Positions 41,374-51,098 are shown, numbered from the stretch's first letter. The stretch is 64,000 bases of DNA from an uncultured Acidobacteriota bacterium (GCA_963772065.1 CAVYVZ010000010.1:449802-513801), one strand, 5' to 3'. Notes: generated by a model not told the origin, from the letters alone. Numbers and translations are program-made.

Positions 41374-41957
41374 CGCGCCGGGCAATCGCGGCGCTCGCTG
41401 GCGCGGTGATCGTCGTGGGACTCTTTGCCTGGGCTCTGACCGTCAGCCTCGAGCGGGTGATGCGGCCCCCTCTGCAGACTTCCACGGAAAAGACGCCCGC
41501 CGCCGCACCCGCCACCACGCCCGTGCGCCACATCACCGCCACATTGTTCGTCGGCACGGGTGATGGACAGCGGCTGCGCGCGGTGCAGCGGGAAGTGCCG
41601 TTTGGCGAAGGACCCGTCGAGCAGGGGCGCCAGATCGTGCTGGCACAGCTTGCCGCGCAGGCCGAGGCTCCGTTCGTCGCCGTCGTTCCGGCGGGCGCGA
41701 CGCTGCGCAGCTTCTACATCAGCGAGCGCGGCGAGGCGTTCGTCGATTTCGGACCGGAAATCGTGCCCGCCCACCCGGGCGGCACCTCCGCGGAGGAGCT
41801 CACCATCTACGCGATCGTAAACGCGGTGGCCGCAAACCTCCCCGCCGTCACGACGGTGCAAATACTCATCGAGGGGAAGGAAGTCGACACGCTCGCCGGC
41901 CACGTCGACATCCGCCGCCCCCTTCGCCGCACCGACTCAATGCTCGAGTCAAAATAG
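41370..41957 (+). CDS. GerMN domain protein
   Basis: ...LRSFYISERGEAFVDFGPEI...YAIVNAVAANLPAVTTVQILIEGKEVDTLAGH is present. The start overlaps the amidase stop (ATGA). Confidence 0.8.
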   Translation: MTRRAIAALAGAVIVVGLFAWALTVSLERVMRPPLQTSTEKTPAAAPATTPVRHITATLFVGTGDGQRLRAVQREVPFGEGPVEQGRQIVLAQLAAQAEAPFVAVVPAGATLRSFYISERGEAFVDFGPEIVPAHPGGTSAEELTIYAIVNAVAANLPAVTTVQILIEGKEVDTLAGHVDIRRPLRRTDSMLESK

Positions 41958-41980
41958 GCGACACGTGCTTGATCTGGTCT

Positions 41981-42105
41981 GTGCAATCTCACTTCGCCGT
42001 CAGTGCAATCTTTGCTTCGCCGGGTCGGTGCACCAACATCGGAGCCGATCGCACCGACAGCATGAGCGGATTGCACCGACACCGTAGGTAGGATTGCACC
42101 GACAA
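41981..42105 (+). repeat. Six phased copies of a GTGCA/TTGCACCGACA motif (spacing 21-25 bp) upstream of rph
   Basis: GCA cores lie at 41983, 42005, 42030, 42051, 42073 and 42096. The last three units read T(C/T)GCACCGACA. Confidence 0.75.
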
Positions 42106-42124
42106 ACGAATAGAATGAGTGTTC

Positions 42125-42856
42125 ATGCGTTCTGACGGCCGCCTTCCCGAGCAGCTGCGTCCCACGCGGATCACACCGAACTACCTCATGCACGCCGAAG
42201 GATCGGTGCACGTCGAGGCGGGCAAAACCCGCGTGATCTGCACGGCCAGCGTGGAGGATCGCGTGCCGCCGTTCCGCCGCAACACCGGAAAGGGATGGGT
42301 CACCGCCGAATACGGCATGCTGCCGCGCGCGACCACGACGCGCATGCAGCGAGAGGCGAGCTCCGGGCGCGTCGGCGGGCGCACGCAGGAGATTCAGCGG
42401 CTGATCGGACGATCGCTGCGCGCGGTGACCCGCATGGAGGAGCTCGGCGAGCGCACCATCACGCTCGACTGCGACGTGATACAGGCCGATGGCGGCACGC
42501 GCACGGCTGCCATCACCGGTGCATTCGTGGCCCTGGTGCTGGCGCTCGGCCGGCTCCGCGAGCAGGACATCATTCGCACAATGCCCGTGAGTGACTACGT
42601 CGCCGCGACGAGCGTCGGAATCGTCGACGGCACGCCGATGCTCGACCTGGCGTACACCGAGGATTCGACGGCAGAAGTGGACATGAATCTCGTGAAGACC
42701 GGCGGCGGCCTCTACATCGAAGTGCAGGGAACCGCCGAAAGCCTCCCTTTCGGACGCGAGGCGCTGAACCGGTTGCTCGACCTGGGCGATACGGGAATAC
42801 GCCAGCTGCACGCGATGCAGCGCAACCTGGTGGGCCCGCTGCTGAATGCGAAATGA
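42125..42856 (+). CDS. rph: Ribonuclease PH
   Basis: [13 protein letters not shown]...[18 protein letters not shown]...[15 protein letters not shown] is present. The ATG at 42125 is preferred over the GTG at 42119. Confidence 0.95.
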   Translation: MRSDGRLPEQLRPTRITPNYLMHAEGSVHVEAGKTRVICTASVEDRVPPFRRNTGKGWVTAEYGMLPRATTTRMQREASSGRVGGRTQEIQRLIGRSLRAVTRMEELGERTITLDCDVIQADGGTRTAAITGAFVALVLALGRLREQDIIRTMPVSDYVAATSVGIVDGTPMLDLAYTEDSTAEVDMNLVKTGGGLYIEVQGTAESLPFGREALNRLLDLGDTGIRQLHAMQRNLVGPLLNAK

Positions 42857-43452
42857 GGCGGTTGCTCGTCGCGACCACCAACCCACACAAGCTGCGCGAG
42901 ATTCGTGATCTGCTGTCCGAGGTCCAGCTCGATTTGGTCGGGCTCGAGACCCTCCCACGCATCGAAGAGCCCGAGGAAACCGGCGCGACATTCGAAGAAA
43001 ACGCGCGGCTGAAGGCGCTCTACTACGATCGAGCGGCGGCAACGCCGCACGACCTCACCGTCGCCGAAGACTCAGGACTCGTCATCGATGCCCTTGATGG
43101 CGAACCCGGCGTGCATTCGGCGCGCTTTCTTCGAGCCGATGCGCCCTACCAGGAGCGCTTTGCCGAGATCTTCCGCCGCCTCGACGAACATCCCGATCGG
43201 CCGCCGACCGCGCGGTTCATCTGCGCCGTCGCCGTCGTGCGCGGCGGCCGCGTCGTGTACGAGACGCGCGGCCGCGTCGAGGGCGAGATCACCCGACCGC
43301 CGCGCGGCTCCGCCGGTTTCGGCTACGACCCAATCTTCTATTACCCACCGTATCGGTGCACGCTCGCCGAGGTCACGCAGACGTCGAAGCTCAACGTGGC
43401 GCACCGCGGCCAGGCGTTTCGGGCGCTCGGGGAGTGGTTGAAAGCCTGGTGA
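42853..43452 (+). CDS. rdgB: Non-canonical purine NTP pyrophosphatase (RdgB/HAM1 family)
   Basis: [14 protein letters not shown]...[12 protein letters not shown]...AEDSGL...[10 protein letters not shown]...GFGYDPIF is present. Confidence 0.9.
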   Translation: MRRLLVATTNPHKLREIRDLLSEVQLDLVGLETLPRIEEPEETGATFEENARLKALYYDRAAATPHDLTVAEDSGLVIDALDGEPGVHSARFLRADAPYQERFAEIFRRLDEHPDRPPTARFICAVAVVRGGRVVYETRGRVEGEITRPPRGSAGFGYDPIFYYPPYRCTLAEVTQTSKLNVAHRGQAFRALGEWLKAW

Positions 43453-43499
43453 GGAACAGAGAACGGAGAACGACTTGCGTCTGCTCTCCGTTCCTCTCC
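43452..43499. repeat. Heptamer-built hairpin GAGGAAC AGAGAAC GGAGAAC ... GCTCTCC GTTCCTC after rdgB
   Basis: This was read directly. The arms are complementary with one bulge and no T-run follows. Confidence 0.7.
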
Positions 43500-43624
43500 C
43501 AGAGTCTGGCCGCGGGCGGCATTGATGCCGCCCGGGATCAAGTGGGTAGGAAGTGGCGGCCCGATGGTCTTACGGCTCGTGAGGAAGGAATTGCACCATC
43601 AGGCCTGGCAGGTGGAAATTTGTC

Positions 43625-43849
43625 TCAACTCCTCGCGGCCCGTGTGTATTCGGACCGCACGAACGCGCCATCGCGCGTTCGGAACAGAAATTTCGAATCA
43701 ACGAGGGCGCCGAGCAACGCATCGCATGCCGCCCGATCCAATCCCCACAGGCGTTGTGCCTGGGCCGACGTCAGCCGAAGCCCAGGCATCTCGATGTACT
43801 CGCCCTGAACACGGCGAAGAACCTCATCGATAGCGTGTTGCCCGGCCAT
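43625..43849 (-). CDS. Small hypothetical protein (possible winged-helix)
   Basis: This 74-aa ORF is the only coding-looking frame in a 670-bp gap. I do not recognise a family. Confidence 0.4.
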   Translation of the reverse strand: MAGQHAIDEVLRRVQGEYIEMPGLRLTSAQAQRLWGLDRAACDALLGALVDSKFLFRTRDGAFVRSEYTRAARS

Positions 43850-44119
43850 AGGACCCTCCAGCGTTCAGAGGTAGGGAGTGAATACACTGAAAGGAGCAAC
43901 CCGTGTGCCACCAAGCCCCCTCCAGCTCGCCCCGTGGAGGGGCGCGCGATAAGTCCCACACAGGTGACCGGTTACGCCTCAGCTTATAAAGACGTCAAAC
44001 AAAACAGGGCGTTTGGCGGAGCGTATTTGTGGACCCGTGCGGACAGTCAGCTGTAGGGAAAGCCGTCACATTTCAGGTGGGGCATAGCGGTTGCACCCTC
44101 GCAGCACGGAGACTTTCCG

Positions 44120-44470
44120 ATGACACTCAATCTGGTTCAGCACCGGAGCGGACCGAGCATCTGGGACCGCGAGACGAACAGCGAATGGGACACCGAACGC
44201 TGGCTGCTCATGATGATGGCTGGTGCGTTCTTTCTGACTGGGATCCGGCGCGGTTCGCTTCCCGGTCTGCTGCTCGCCGCCGGCGGTGCGAGCCTTGGCT
44301 GGTGGGCGGCCACGGGCGTCGACATTCGTCGCGTGCGTCGTGCGCACATGCGGCAGGTCTGGCCACGCATCGGCGGCGACCGCCCCGCCGATCCGGTGGG
44401 CCAGGCGTCGGAAGAATCGTTTCCCGCCAGCGACGCGCCTGCGTGGACGCCCACGACGGGTAATCGCTAG
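44120..44470 (+). CDS. Small membrane protein (hypothetical)
   Basis: It has two hydrophobic helices (WLLMMMAGAFFLTG, LLLAAGGASLGWW) and a C-terminal ESFPASDAP motif that I recall (from memory, unverified) from small conserved hypothetical proteins. Confidence 0.5.
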   Translation: MTLNLVQHRSGPSIWDRETNSEWDTERWLLMMMAGAFFLTGIRRGSLPGLLLAAGGASLGWWAATGVDIRRVRRAHMRQVWPRIGGDRPADPVGQASEESFPASDAPAWTPTTGNR

Positions 44471-44486
44471 CCGATCCGAGGCTTCA

Positions 44487-45683
44487 ATGGCTGCGATGCT
44501 GACGTTCCTCCGTGTGCCGCTCTCGTGGAAGGAAATCCTCGAGCGCACGCTCAAGGAGGCATTCTGGGAAGACAACTGCCTCGGGATGGCGGCGCAGCTC
44601 GCCTACTACTTCTTCTTTGCATTATTCCCCGCCTTGCTTTTCATCGTGGCCGTCGCGAGCTACTTCCCGGTCACAACGCTCATCGACGACATGTTCCGCA
44701 CGCTCGGCGGGTTCGCGCCGCCCGAGGTGCTCGCTATCATCACCGACCAGTTGAAGAAGATCTCGATGGGCAAGCAGGGCGGGCTGCTGACGTTCGGTAT
44801 GCTGCTCACGCTCTGGTCCTCTTCGGGAGCGATGACGGCGATCATCGACACGCTGAACCGCGCGTATGACATCGAGGAGGGGCGCGCCTGGTGGAAGGTC
44901 CGTCTCACCGCGATCGCCCTGACCGTGGGCGTGTCCGTGTTCATCCTCGCATCGTTCGCGCTCATCACGGTGGGCCCCACGTTCGCCGAGCGCATCGCGG
45001 ACGCGATGGGCCTCGGCCCGGTGTTCGAGTGGACCTGGAAGATTCTGCAGTGGCCCGTCGTGTTTGGCCTCGTCAGCGTGGCGATCGCCGGCGTGTACTA
45101 CTGGGGCCCTGACGCGGAGCAGGAGTGGATCTGGCTGACGCCGGGCGCGGTCACGGCCACCCTGCTCTGGATCCTCGCTTCCCTCGGGTTCAAGTACTAC
45201 GTCGCCAACATGGGCAACTTCACCGAGACCTACGGCGCGATCGGCGCCTTCATGGTGCTCATGCTCTGGTTCTACATCTCGGGCCTCGTGATCCTGCTCG
45301 GCGCCGAGTTGAACGCGGAGATCGAGCACGCCTCCCCGTACGGCAAGGACGAAGGCGAGAAGGTCCCGGGCGAGAAGCGAAAGATCGGCCCGGCGCGGAT
45401 GCGCGCCTGGGTGCAGCGGCGGCTGGGGCGCGGAGGCAAATCACCCTCGAGCCAGGAAGTCGAAGCGGTCATGCGAGGGGATGCTCCGATACCCGAGGCC
45501 GCACCGCCCGGGCCTCGTCGGATCGCCAACTGGCCGCCGGCCCACGTCGTGGCAATGCAGTCGGATCCACCGCGGCGCCTTCCGGCCGCCCGGCGGTTCT
45601 CGGATTGGCTGATTGGCGCCGGCGTGCTCATCGCCCATCTGTACTGGGTCGTCCGCCGAAAGATCGGCCGCGAGCGGGCCTGA
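44487..45683 (+). CDS. YihY/BrkB family membrane protein
   Basis: ...LGMAAQLAYYFFFALFPALLF...LWSSSGAMTAIIDTLNRAY...LMLWFYISGLVILLGAELNAEI is present. The start was chosen at the ATG at 44487. Confidence 0.85.
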   Translation: MAAMLTFLRVPLSWKEILERTLKEAFWEDNCLGMAAQLAYYFFFALFPALLFIVAVASYFPVTTLIDDMFRTLGGFAPPEVLAIITDQLKKISMGKQGGLLTFGMLLTLWSSSGAMTAIIDTLNRAYDIEEGRAWWKVRLTAIALTVGVSVFILASFALITVGPTFAERIADAMGLGPVFEWTWKILQWPVVFGLVSVAIAGVYYWGPDAEQEWIWLTPGAVTATLLWILASLGFKYYVANMGNFTETYGAIGAFMVLMLWFYISGLVILLGAELNAEIEHASPYGKDEGEKVPGEKRKIGPARMRAWVQRRLGRGGKSPSSQEVEAVMRGDAPIPEAAPPGPRRIANWPPAHVVAMQSDPPRRLPAARRFSDWLIGAGVLIAHLYWVVRRKIGRERA

Positions 45684-45725
45684 CATCCCGCGCGGCGCGT
45701 CGGCTATACTCGCCGCGCAGCCTCC

Positions 45726-46226
45726 ATGCTCACGCTCGTTGCGCGTCCCGCGATACGCGGGGACGCGGCGGAGATCGCCGGCATCTACAACGAGGGCATT
45801 TCCGACCGGGTCGCCACGTTCGAAACGCGGCCCCGCACCCCTGACGACGTGCGCGCCTGGTTCGACGCGCATCATCCCATCGTCGTCGTCACCGACGACG
45901 CGAACCGTGTCATCGCCTATGCGGCGGCGTCGGCGTATCGCGCGCGCGATTGCTACGCCGGCGTCGCGGAGTGCTCCGTCTACGTCGCGCGCCGCGCCCG
46001 CGGCCAGGGCGCCGGCCGCATCGCGCTGCAGGCGCTCATCGACGCCGCCCGCAACGCCGGCTTCTGGAAGCTCGTCTCGCGAATCTTCCCCGAGAACCAC
46101 GCCAGCCGCGCCCTCGTTCGCTCCGTCGGCTTTCGCGAGGTCGGCATCTACGAGCGGCACGCCAAACTCGACGGCCGATGGAGGGACGTCGTCATCGTCG
46201 AGTTTCTCATTCGAGAAAACTTGTGA
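45726..46226 (+). CDS. GNAT N-acetyltransferase (phosphinothricin-acetyltransferase-like)
   Basis: ...IAGIYNEGI..RVATFET.P....V..WF...HP..V......V..YA..S.YR.R..Y.GVAE.SVYV....RG.G.G..L is the layout of the PAT family. Confidence 0.85.
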   Translation: MLTLVARPAIRGDAAEIAGIYNEGISDRVATFETRPRTPDDVRAWFDAHHPIVVVTDDANRVIAYAAASAYRARDCYAGVAECSVYVARRARGQGAGRIALQALIDAARNAGFWKLVSRIFPENHASRALVRSVGFREVGIYERHAKLDGRWRDVVIVEFLIRENL

Positions 46227-46874
46227 CCTTGTAAGGTAAAAGGAAAAAGGTAAAAGGCAAATCATGTTTGCACGTGACTTCGCTTGTCATTCGCGACTTC
46301 GCCTGCCATTCATGACTTCGCTTGTCCGCGCTTCCGGCCGCCGTCCCTTTTCGGCAGGTTTGCTTTCGCGCTGACGACGATTGCGCCGAGAATTCGTTTG
46401 ATTTGATCGGCTTCTCCGACGAGCGACACGCACAGTTGTGGGTCGCCAATCTTGCTCGCCTGACATACCCGAAGCCAGAACAATGATTCGCGTGCTTCGC
46501 GCAACGCGATCACGTTCGCCCGAATGAACTCGAGACCCGAGGAACAACCAGTGGCCTCGTGCCGGTTGGCGCCGGTGCTGCCCGCGGCACTGATCAACTG
46601 CTCGATGATCTTGTTGACGCCCGGCTCCCAGGTGATCGTTCGGACAAACGCAACAACACTGCACGCGAATCCAAGCACTCGCTCGTCGATGTCGTACGCT
46701 GGACCGCCCATTCGTACCCATAACGCACGAGTCTTGCCACAGCAGATGCCGCGAAATCACAAGGAAGAATCAGTGCTGGTCGAGCGAACGTGGCAGGATG
46801 TGCGAATGAGGAGCGAGCGAGAGAGCGCAGAAAGTGCCGACAGGACTTTCCTTTTGCCTTTACCTTACGGAGTC
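46227..46874. mobile_element. Four-helix-bundle gene cassette bounded by inverted heptamer arrays (IVS-like insert between two convergent genes)
   Basis: The left end is AGGTAAA AGGAAAA AGGTAAA AGGCAAA (46234-46261), followed by 3 x 19-bp units (46274-46330). The right end, 46847-46868, is the reverse complement (GTAAGGTAAAGGCAAAAGGAAA). An inner CATTCGC...CTGCCA block also occurs in inverted orientation at about 46790-46815. Confidence 0.35.
46310..46711 (-). CDS. Four helix bundle protein (23S rRNA-intervening-sequence protein family)
   Basis: ...FACSVVAFVR...IEQLISAAGSTGANRHEA.G..S..EFI....IALREARESLFWLRV is typical of the family. The last ~15 codons run into the flanking repeat. Confidence 0.85.
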   Translation of the reverse strand: MGGPAYDIDERVLGFACSVVAFVRTITWEPGVNKIIEQLISAAGSTGANRHEATGCSSGLEFIRANVIALREARESLFWLRVCQASKIGDPQLCVSLVGEADQIKRILGAIVVSAKANLPKRDGGRKRGQAKS

Positions 46875-47825
46875 TCAGAGTTTCCTCAGCTTGACCCTCC
46901 TGACTGCGTGGTCGCGTCCCTTCTCGAGAATGAGGTGCGCCCGCTCGCGCGTCGGCGCAATGTTCTCCCGCAGGTTCGGCAGGTTGATCGTGGTCCAGAT
47001 GTCGAGCGCGGTCGCGCGCGCCTCGTCGTTGCTGATCTGCGCGTAGCGGTGGAAGTATGAGGACGGATCGCGGAACACCGTATCGCGCAGCTTCATGAAC
47101 CGCTCGACGTACCACTGCTGAATGTCGGCTTCGCTGGCGTCGACGTAGATCGAGAAATCGAAGAAGTCCGACACGAACATGCGCATGCGCCGGCGGCCGC
47201 CGCCGGTCTGGAGCACGTTCAGCCCTTCGACGATGACGATGTCGGGCTGCCGGACGATCTGATGGTCGCCGGGAAGGATGTCGTACGTGAGATGCGAGTA
47301 GCGCGGCGCCTCCACCTCGGGCAGTCCCGACTTGACGTCCGCCACGAACTGGACGAGGCGCCGCACGTCGTACGACTCGGGGAATCCTTTCCGCTGCATC
47401 AGCCCGCGCGCTTCGAGGGTCTCGCGTGGCAGCAGGAATCCGTCGGTCGTCACGAGATCGACCTGCGGGTGGCTCGGCCAGTGCGACAGGAGTGCTTGCA
47501 GGATGCGCGACGTCGTGCTCTTCCCCACCGCCACGCTTCCCGCAACGCCGATGACGTACGGCACCTTGGTGCCGCTCGTGCCCAGGAACGTGCTCGTTGC
47601 CGCGTGGAGCTTCTGTGTGGCGCCGACGTGAAGGTTCAGCAGACGCGAGAGCGGCAGGTAGATGTCGGTGACCTCGCCAATCGAGACGCGCTCGATGACG
47701 CCGGCGAGCGGCCGCAGCTGCGCTTCCGAGAGCGGCAGCGGCGTCGTGTCTCGAAGCCGGGCCCACGCGGCGCGCGTGAACTCCACGTACTGCGACAGCT
47801 GGGTCTCGCGCTGCTCGATCGGCAC
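46875..47825 (-). CDS. coaA: Type I pantothenate kinase
   Basis: It has a P-loop ([17 protein letters not shown]) followed by ...[11 protein letters not shown]...L...[11 protein letters not shown]. Confidence 0.95.
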   Translation of the reverse strand: MPIEQRETQLSQYVEFTRAAWARLRDTTPLPLSEAQLRPLAGVIERVSIGEVTDIYLPLSRLLNLHVGATQKLHAATSTFLGTSGTKVPYVIGVAGSVAVGKSTTSRILQALLSHWPSHPQVDLVTTDGFLLPRETLEARGLMQRKGFPESYDVRRLVQFVADVKSGLPEVEAPRYSHLTYDILPGDHQIVRQPDIVIVEGLNVLQTGGGRRRMRMFVSDFFDFSIYVDASEADIQQWYVERFMKLRDTVFRDPSSYFHRYAQISNDEARATALDIWTTINLPNLRENIAPTRERAHLILEKGRDHAVRRVKLRKL

Positions 47826-47860
47826 GTCGGCATTGTAGGCGGGCCTTTACGGCCCGCCAA

Positions 47861-49772
47861 CTAGAACCGCACTCGAATGCCCGCGTTGACCGTCCGCCCC
47901 TCGAGCGGTTTCCACGCGTCGATGGTCCACCGGCCGTCGGCCGCACGCGCCGCTCGCACCAGCCGCTCCGAGACCGTCTGCCGGACGTCGCCGAGGTTCT
48001 CGGCGTTCAGGAACGCCCGTGCGCGACCGAGATTCCAGTCGAGCAGCGCGCCCCACATCACGTACGGGTCGCCGCGTTGGCGGTACGGATTGTCGTCGAG
48101 CGACTGGCGTCCGGTGACGAACACCTCGAAGCCGATGCGGAGAGGACCCAGCTCGCCCAGCACGTCGAGTGAGCCGGCATGGCGCGGATTGAGCGGCACC
48201 TCGCGCCGCAGGCCAGGTCAATCGGGATCGTCTTCGCTCGACAGCAGGTACATGTGCGTGAGGATCACGTCGACCTCCGGCTCGTCGAGGTGAAACCGTG
48301 CGATCAGCTCCGTGCCGCGCGTCCGCGTCGGCGCGTCCGAATTCACAATCACGACCGGCCGATCGAGTGACTCCACGGCGCGCGCCTGCAGCGCGCCGTG
48401 CACTCGCGAATAGAACACCGTCGACGTGATCTCCAGCGGCGCCCGGGCCCAGGTGAGATCGCCTGAGAAGCTGTCGGCGCGCTCCGCTTCGACCTCGCCG
48501 AGCGGCGCGACCACCGACAGGCCTGTTGCTTCGGTCTCCTCGGTGAAGGGCGTCGGGGCAAAGTAGCCGCGCCCGGCCGACACACGCGCCGTCCAGCCGC
48601 CGCGAGCTTTCAGCAACGCCGACACGCGCGGGCTCGCGAACGTCCCGTACTCGCTGTGCTTGTCGATACGGCCGCTGCCGGAGATCGTCAGCCACCGCGC
48701 GACGGTGACGTCGTCCTGCGCGAAAACGCCCGGCGCGGTGTACAGGAAATCGAAGCGGGGCACGTCCGCTGGATGCGTAGGCATCCTGCTGCACGGCACC
48801 GCCGAGCACCCACGCATGGCCCGAGGCTGTACCGCTGAGCGACGCCTCGCCGAACCACGTGCGGTGCTCGTCCCGCTCGATCGTTGGTCCGAAGGTGTGA
48901 TGGTGCTGCTGCCACGTGGCGCTGCCGCGCAAGGCCAGCACATGACCGCGGCTCGTCACGAATCGCCCGACCACGCCGGAGTCGAGCCGCGTCGTATCGA
49001 GCTCCTCGGAGAACGGACGTCCGTCCGGCGCCGCGGCGCCAGGCATCGTGCCGCCGCGACGCTTTTCGACCGTCGCTCCAAGCGCGACGAGCACCGATTT
49101 TCCCGCGCCGTCTTCCCAGAAGAGACGCGGCCTCGCGATGGCACGCCGGTACGACGGCAAATCCGTCCAGCCGTCGCGATCGAGATCGGAGCGCTCCTGC
49201 CCATGTGCGCCTCCGAGGAGCGTGTAGCCCCACTGTTCGTTCAACTTCTGCGAGAGCCAGAGGACCGCGTCGGTGCCGGCGTGGCTCGTGCGATTGAGCA
49301 GCACCTCGCGTTCGGGCTCGTCGCGCGGGCGCCGAGAGACGAGATTGACGACGCCTCCGACCGCCGATACGCCGTAGAGCGCGGACGCAACACCCTTGAT
49401 CACTTCGACCTGGCCGAGGTCCATCGGCGGAATCTGCAAGAGGCTGAGCGAGCCGGTCTGACCACCATAGAGTGGCAGACCGTCCGAGAGAATCTGCGTG
49501 TAGCGCCCGCGAAGCCCCTGGATGCGGACGTTCGCGCCGCCGAGCGACGGCGATGTGATCTGTACGCGCAAGCCGTTGGTCTCGTTGAGCAGCATCGAGA
49601 CATCGCCCGGCGTCATCATGATCTTCTCCTGGACTTCCTCCGCAGGCACGACCTCGACGCGCAACGGAAGATCTTCCACGCGGCGACCACTCCGAGTCGC
49701 GGTGACGATCACCTCTTCTTTGTATTCAGGCGGCTTCTGCAGCAGGTACAGGTAGATGAGGAACTCGTACAC
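47861..49772 (-). pseudogene. TonB-dependent receptor remnant: 5'-truncated, one frame break, one in-frame TGA
   Basis: The plug starts almost at the first codon (…EEVIVTATRSGRR) with no signal peptide. The frame breaks at about 48770-48785. An in-frame TGA lies at 48218-48220 (DDPD*PGLRREVPLNPRH). The terminal ...NAGIRVRF is intact. Confidence 0.85.
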
Positions 49773-49800
49773 GTGAATGAGTTAAACTTTACGTGAGGAT

Positions 49801-50022
49801 ATGACGAACCGCTCACGCCCTACGCAGGCCAAGCGCGCGCGAGAGAAGGCCCTTCAGGAAAAACGCCAGCAGAAGGCCGCCCGCCGTCAGGATGCGAAGG
49901 AGCGCAAGGACATCGGCCCGAGCCGGGCCGACGGCGTTGACCCGGATATTGCCGACATCGTTCCAGGCCCCCAGCCCCACCCATTCCTCGACGATGATGA
50001 GATCGAGGGCGAGAGCAGCTAG
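49801..50022 (+). CDS. Small charged hypothetical protein
   Basis: The 73-aa ORF has GTGAGGA upstream of the ATG, a basic N-half (KRAREKALQEKRQQKAARR) and an acidic tail. Confidence 0.45.
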   Translation: MTNRSRPTQAKRAREKALQEKRQQKAARRQDAKERKDIGPSRADGVDPDIADIVPGPQPHPFLDDDEIEGESS

Positions 50023-50068
50023 AAGCTACCTGGCATTTCTTTAGCAAGGCCGGACGCGGAGAAGAACG

Positions 50069-50215
50069 ATGATTCTCTTTCTCGTCGTCCTGCTGGTGCT
50101 CCTGTGGTTGCTCGGGATGGTCACCACCACCATGCTGGGAGGGTGGCTTCACATCCTGCTCGTCATCGCGGTGATCTTCCTGCTGATTCGAGTGATCCGC
50201 GGCGTTGGCGTCTGA
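50069..50215 (+). CDS. lmo0937-family small membrane protein (48 aa; not in the ORF track)
   Basis: It reads MILFLVVLLVLLWLLGMVTTTMLGGWLHILLVIAVIFLLIRVIRGVGV, with two TM helices. The pattern ...LW.LG......GG..HILLVIA.I..LI matches the family, and GGAGA lies upstream. Confidence 0.7.
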   Translation: MILFLVVLLVLLWLLGMVTTTMLGGWLHILLVIAVIFLLIRVIRGVGV

Positions 50216-50233
50216 GGGTCGTGAGGCGTCACC

Positions 50234-50264
50234 GCCCTGAGCCGTCAAGGCCTAAGCCTAGGCC
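50234..50264. repeat. Heptamer-family repeat (GCC CTGAGCC GTCAAGG CCTAAGCC TAGGCC) at convergent gene ends
   Basis: It contains the GGCCTA-AGCC-TAGGCC hairpin and overlaps the stop codon of the KduI/IolB gene. Confidence 0.7.
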
Positions 50265-51043
50265 ATGTCGTGTATCCATTTGTGTGCCGGATCCTCGTGC
50301 AGCGCGAGACGGCGTTCCTCGCCCGCCATGGCCCAGAGGTAATAGAGCTTGTATCCCGGAGGCGCGGCCACCGGGTGGTATCCATAGGGAAGGAGCACCG
50401 CGTCGCCGTCGCGGACGGCATGCGTCACCGTCTCGCCGTCGTTCGTATACAGCATCTGGTGCCCGAATCCCTGCGGCGGGTCGAGCCGGAAGTGATACAC
50501 CTCCTCGAGGGTCGGCTCGCCGTCACGTCCGTCATGCTTGTGCGGCGGGAAGCTGCTCCAGTTCCCCGGTGGGTTGAACGTCTCTCCGACCATCAGCCGG
50601 CGGCCGTGCGGATCGCGAACGAAGATGTCGTGGACCTCGCGGCTGTAGTGGCCGCGGCCGCGCTGATTCACCACCACGGCATCGGGTCCGAAGAGCACGG
50701 GTTCTCCTCCGGCGGGTGCGGGCGTCGACACAAGCACCGCTTCGAGCGGCGTTTCAGCCGTGACGGTCACCTCGACGCCGGGCGGCAGCAGCAGCGCGGT
50801 GGCGCGCTCGGTGAACACGCCCGATCGGCTGACCTGCCACGACTTCCCGCCCGCGGCGAACGTGCCCTTCCCGTCCTGCAGCACCACGATGGTCTCCTCG
50901 GCGGGCGAGGAGAATCGCGTGGTCCCGCCCGCGGAGAGTCGAAGGCGATGGCTGGTCAACTCGCGCGCGCCATGCTCGCCGCGACGCTGCAGGAGCTGTA
51001 GACCTTCCGTGCGTGGAACTCGAAACAAGGTGTCCGCGAGCAT
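50258..51043 (-). CDS. KduI/IolB-family cupin isomerase (5-deoxy-glucuronate / 4-deoxy-uronate isomerase type)
   Basis: ...GETFNPPGNWSSFPPHKHDGRDGEPTLEEVYHFR..PPQGFGHQ.LYT.DGE......V.DGDAVLLPYGYHPV.A.PGYKLYYLW.MAG is present. Confidence 0.9.
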   Translation of the reverse strand: MLADTLFRVPRTEGLQLLQRRGEHGARELTSHRLRLSAGGTTRFSSPAEETIVVLQDGKGTFAAGGKSWQVSRSGVFTERATALLLPPGVEVTVTAETPLEAVLVSTPAPAGGEPVLFGPDAVVVNQRGRGHYSREVHDIFVRDPHGRRLMVGETFNPPGNWSSFPPHKHDGRDGEPTLEEVYHFRLDPPQGFGHQMLYTNDGETVTHAVRDGDAVLLPYGYHPVAAPPGYKLYYLWAMAGEERRLALHEDPAHKWIHDMA

Positions 51044-51055
51044 GTGCCTCTCCTA

Positions 51056-51098
51056 GGGGTCTGACCCCTATCGTGTCTTAGGGGCCTGACCCCTAACG
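51056..51098. repeat. Two tandem small palindromes TAGGGGTCTGACCCCTA / TTAGGGGCCTGACCCCTAA (period ~25)
   Basis: This was read directly. A third partial unit (AGGCCTGAC) follows. The repeats lie between two minus-strand genes. Confidence 0.7.

Noticed and set aside
41981-42105. Possible CRISPR array
   Set aside because: The repeats are only ~9-11 nt with ~12-nt gaps and are degenerate, and no cas genes are present. The array is not CRISPR-like. It is reported instead as a phased motif array.
48218-48220. In-frame TGA as selenocysteine or a recoding site
   Set aside because: The same gene also has a frame break and a missing N-terminus. No SECIS-like hairpin is evident just downstream, and the other genes in the window that end in TGA appear to terminate normally. 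A nonsense mutation in a pseudogene is simpler.
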